Of a DNA stretch of 64,000 nucleotides, positions 61,204 to 64,000 are shown one piece after another. Below the pieces are notes generated by a model that had not been told where the DNA came from, searched no databases, and saw only the letters and a list, made by a program, of their open reading frames with translations. Origin of the DNA: Rebecca billardiae RCC1528 (Eukaryota; Protista; Haptophyta); assembly GCA_965240325.2 (NCBI GenBank), contig OZ251231.1:1364001-1428000 (forward strand). The letters are read 5' to 3'. Within the stretch, counting starts at the first letter, position 1. Each line of letters opens with the position of its first letter. The position numbers and the translations under genes were made by a program.

Positions 61204-61454
61204 GATACCCGCCCGCGGTTGGAAGGGTGTCGGACGGACAGCTGGTGAGCGCAAGGCGAGCCGAACCGACGTCGTAGAATGGCGGGCCATAATTCTACAG
61301 TACGTGTCTTCGGCGCGATCTCGATCTCACCAGCCTGAGATCGCCCTTGCCAATCTGAAATCGAGCCGGATCTCTCGGGTGGGGAAAGGGGAAGGTGTCC
61401 TGTCCAGCGGAGGACAGGGCGGTGGCAACGGCGTGCAGAACTCGGCTCTCGGCA
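61204..61454. promoter_or_regulatory. Putative bidirectional promoter
   Basis: 251-bp gap between the divergent ATGs at 61203 (-) and 61455 (+). Confidence 0.45.
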
Positions 61455-64000
61455 ATGTCGACTGCATGCGTGCACACCCTGCCCGGTGGCGGAGAATGTT
61501 CATGCGTGGCGATCTCCGTGGCCGACGGCGGCTGTCGCTGGGCTGTGGCCGTGCGCGGCGACCAATATCTTTGGCTCTACGACCTGCAGGCGGGCAAACT
61601 CGTGCGCACGATTGATGCCGGGTTTGGTGCGGGGATAACGTCTCTCGCACTCTCGAGCGCCGACGGGGGCTGGCGTTGGGTCGTGTGTGGCAATGGTCGT
61701 GGCGATCATTCTCGTAGTGGCTGGGTCTGGCTCTGGGACCTCGAGTCTTGCACGCGTGTGCTCGAGTTCGAACCTGAGTTCGATTCCAGTTGCTGCAACC
61801 GTCCATTGGGAGTGGCACGGCTGGCGATCTCTGCTGCGGACGGTGGTGCTCGATGGGCCGTTCGCTTGACAGCGCGCGAGCCGCAGTGGCTCGATTTGCA
61901 GTCGGGCGAGAGGAAGCGCATGCACCTCCCGTCTGACATGAACTGGGGGGGCAGGGACTACAAGTCGTGGTGGGGGGCGCCAGCAGGAGGACGCTGGCAG
62001 GTCCTCTGCGACCCCCACAAGAGAGACCAGCTCTCCGTCTGGGACCTGGAGCGCCTCACGCAGGTGTGCGTGATCCAGAACGACGTCAAGATGATCGCTC
62101 ATCAGGTGCCGATCTCCATCGTGGACGGGCTGTGCCGCTGGGCTGTGTCCACGTGCGAGCAGAGGCGGCTCTACTTGTGGGACCTCTCCTCGGGCGCGTG
62201 CGTGCGCTCGGTCGACGCCGACAGAGGCAGCGGCGTGACCAAGCTGACGCTCTCCGACGCCGATGGCGGCTGCCGCTGGGTGCTGTGCGGCACAGCCAAC
62301 GGCCAGTTGGGGCTGTGGGACATGCAGGCGGGCGAGTGTGTGCGCACGCTCGAGGGCCACACGGGCGCGATCACAGAGCTGCAGTTCTCGAGCGCGGACG
62401 GCGGCTGCCGCTGGGCGCTATCCGGATCGCAGGACGGCACTCTGCGGCTGTGGTCCCTCGCCATGCCCACCCGCGCTGCGCGCCCGATATGCGGGCTGCC
62501 AGTGCGACCATGTGCTGGCGTGGTCGAGGCGATGGATGCGCTGAGGTGGGCAAGCGCGCGCGCGCGCAAGGCGCTCTCGGCCGCTCTGGACACGATTCGC
62601 GCGCGCACCAACGGGAAGAGCCCGCCCGACGTCACGCTGATCAAGCGACGCGACGCGCTGCGTGCCGAGCTGTGCGCCGCCCTCGAGGCGCAGAGCGCTT
62701 CGGCGCGAGCCGCGCTCGCCGACGCGCGCGCGCAGGCGGAGGCTCTGCGAGGCGAGGCGCGCGCGCTGCTCGCCGCGCTCGAGCTGAGCGAGACGGCCGC
62801 GGAGCCGCTGGCGTCTGGGGCGACGCTGGCATCGTCGCTCTCCCTGTGCATCGGCCGCGCCATCCGCGCGCACGACCAGGCGTCAGCAGCTGACCTCGCT
62901 GGGCGTGGGGCCGTGAGGGCCGCTTGGCACGCGGTGCACGCGGCGGTGGCGCTCGCCGCAGCCGCGGCGCACACCAGTCCAGGGAACTCGGCACTCGCGT
63001 CCGCGTGGGCGCGGGCCATCCCCATACTTCACGCGGCTGTGGCAGCGCCTGCGGCTGAGGCCTCGCTCGCCGACGTAGCTCTCGCCCACGCGAGCGCGTG
63101 CGACGAGCTCGCGGCCACGGCGGACGCCGCACGCGGCCTCGCTCGCGAGGTGGCCAGCGAGGCGGAGGCGGAGCTGCGCACGGCGCGCGCGCTGCCGACG
63201 ACTGAGATCGCGCACGGCCTGGAGCTTCGCGAGAGCGAAGGCGCGGCGCGCCGAGCGAGGCGCGCGCTCCGCGACGCACGGCGCACGCTGGAGGACGCGC
63301 ACGAGGACAGCGGCGACGTCGACGCGGCGCAGCGAGCGCTCGTCGACGCACGGCGCGCCGCGCAGCGCGCGCAGCGCGTACACGAGGCAGCCGTCGCGCG
63401 CCTCTTCGAGTGGGCTGCCGGACCGTTCCCCGAGCTGCCGGGCATTCTGCCTGAGATCTTTGGCGGCGGCGGGGAGGCGCTGCCGCCGGGCGCGCGCGCC
63501 GGCCTGCTGCACGGGCGCTCGCTCGAGCAGTACGAGCGCATCACGTGGCCCGACGGCGCGGAGCCGCCGCGTGGGCGGCACGAGGTGCTGCCGTGCACGT
63601 ACGCGGCCGAGCGCGTCGTGCTCAAGGCGTACCCGCTGGCGCGCGACTCGGAGCGGCGGGCGCTGGAGCGCGAGGCGGCCATCGTGCGCGCGCACCCGCA
63701 CCCACACGTCGCGCGCGTGCACGGCGTCTTCAGCTGCGCGCCCAGCGGCGCGGCTGAGTGGCGCGCGTACGTGCAGACGCCCCTCTACTCGGGCGGCGCG
63801 CTGAGCGGCTGGCTCGAGCGCGAAGCGACAGCGCCGCCCGAGGCTGTGCGCGGCGTGGCGCCCTGCGCGCTCCTCGACCCGAGCCATGCGCGCGTCGCCA
63901 CCACGCGCGTCTGCGCGCTGCGCCACCTCGTCGCCGCGCTCGCGCATCTGCACGCGCACGGCATCGTCCACGCCGACGTCAAGCTCGAGAACGCCTTTGT
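61455..64000 (+). CDS. WD40-repeat, helical region, protein kinase (truncated by the window end; absent from the ORF track because it has no stop)
   Basis: The frame from ATG 61455 gives LWLYDL, VWLWDL, LSVWDL, LYLWDL, LGLWDM and GHTGAIT...SGSQDGTLRLW. It then gives kinase motifs VVLK, LEREAAI..HPHVARVHGVF and IVHADVKLEN (63963-63992), in the same frame. Confidence 0.85.
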   Translation, partial: MSTACVHTLPGGGECSCVAISVADGGCRWAVAVRGDQYLWLYDLQAGKLVRTIDAGFGAGITSLALSSADGGWRWVVCGNGRGDHSRSGWVWLWDLESCTRVLEFEPEFDSSCCNRPLGVARLAISAADGGARWAVRLTAREPQWLDLQSGERKRMHLPSDMNWGGRDYKSWWGAPAGGRWQVLCDPHKRDQLSVWDLERLTQVCVIQNDVKMIAHQVPISIVDGLCRWAVSTCEQRRLYLWDLSSGACVRSVDADRGSGVTKLTLSDADGGCRWVLCGTANGQLGLWDMQAGECVRTLEGHTGAITELQFSSADGGCRWALSGSQDGTLRLWSLAMPTRAARPICGLPVRPCAGVVEAMDALRWASARARKALSAALDTIRARTNGKSPPDVTLIKRRDALRAELCAALEAQSASARAALADARAQAEALRGEARALLAALELSETAAEPLASGATLASSLSLCIGRAIRAHDQASAADLAGRGAVRAAWHAVHAAVALAAAAAHTSPGNSALASAWARAIPILHAAVAAPAAEASLADVALAHASACDELAATADAARGLAREVASEAEAELRTARALPTTEIAHGLELRESEGAARRARRALRDARRTLEDAHEDSGDVDAAQRALVDARRAAQRAQRVHEAAVARLFEWAAGPFPELPGILPEIFGGGGEALPPGARAGLLHGRSLEQYERITWPDGAEPPRGRHEVLPCTYAAERVVLKAYPLARDSERRALEREAAIVRAHPHPHVARVHGVFSCAPSGAAEWRAYVQTPLYSGGALSGWLEREATAPPEAVRGVAPCALLDPSHARVATTRVCALRHLVAALAHLHAHGIVHADVKLENAF

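Noticed and set aside
61765-61790. tRNA T-loop-like GTTCGA motifs
   Set aside because: They lie inside the WD40 coding frame and no cloverleaf forms.

Overview
This is GC-rich eukaryotic nuclear DNA with spliceosomal introns. Bipartite signal-plus-transit presequences on UROD and DnaJ and a flagellar SHIPPO-repeat gene point to a flagellated alga with a secondary plastid, probably a haptophyte (inference only). Genes reconstructed by hand, with introns: plastid DnaJ, Arf GTPase, dienelactone hydrolase, a DRAM/Frag1 membrane protein, a ROK kinase, a MYND-finger protein, a hotdog thioesterase, UROD, a SHIPPO-repeat protein, a membrane hybrid histidine kinase and an IQ-motif protein. There are also two paralogous EsV-1-7 Cys/His repeat arrays. 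The most striking region is the last 19 kb, which holds two tandem TIR-domain transmembrane receptors of unusual architecture. One (~2,900 aa) is FG-GAP propellers/extensin stalk-Cys-rich-multi-TM-TIR, with Gln at the catalytic Glu position. The other (~1,900 aa) is a TauA-like substrate-binding domain-CUB/EGF-TM-TIR, with the Glu intact. The second lies head-to-head with a WD40-protein kinase gene, making a candidate Toll-like signalling or immune module built from non-Toll parts. Intergenic DNA contains several non-autonomous mobile elements, a split-repeat element with a conserved hairpin, 462-bp direct repeats and mini/microsatellites. I recognised no rRNA, tRNA or CRISPR array. All domain calls are by-eye motif recognition; no searches were run.
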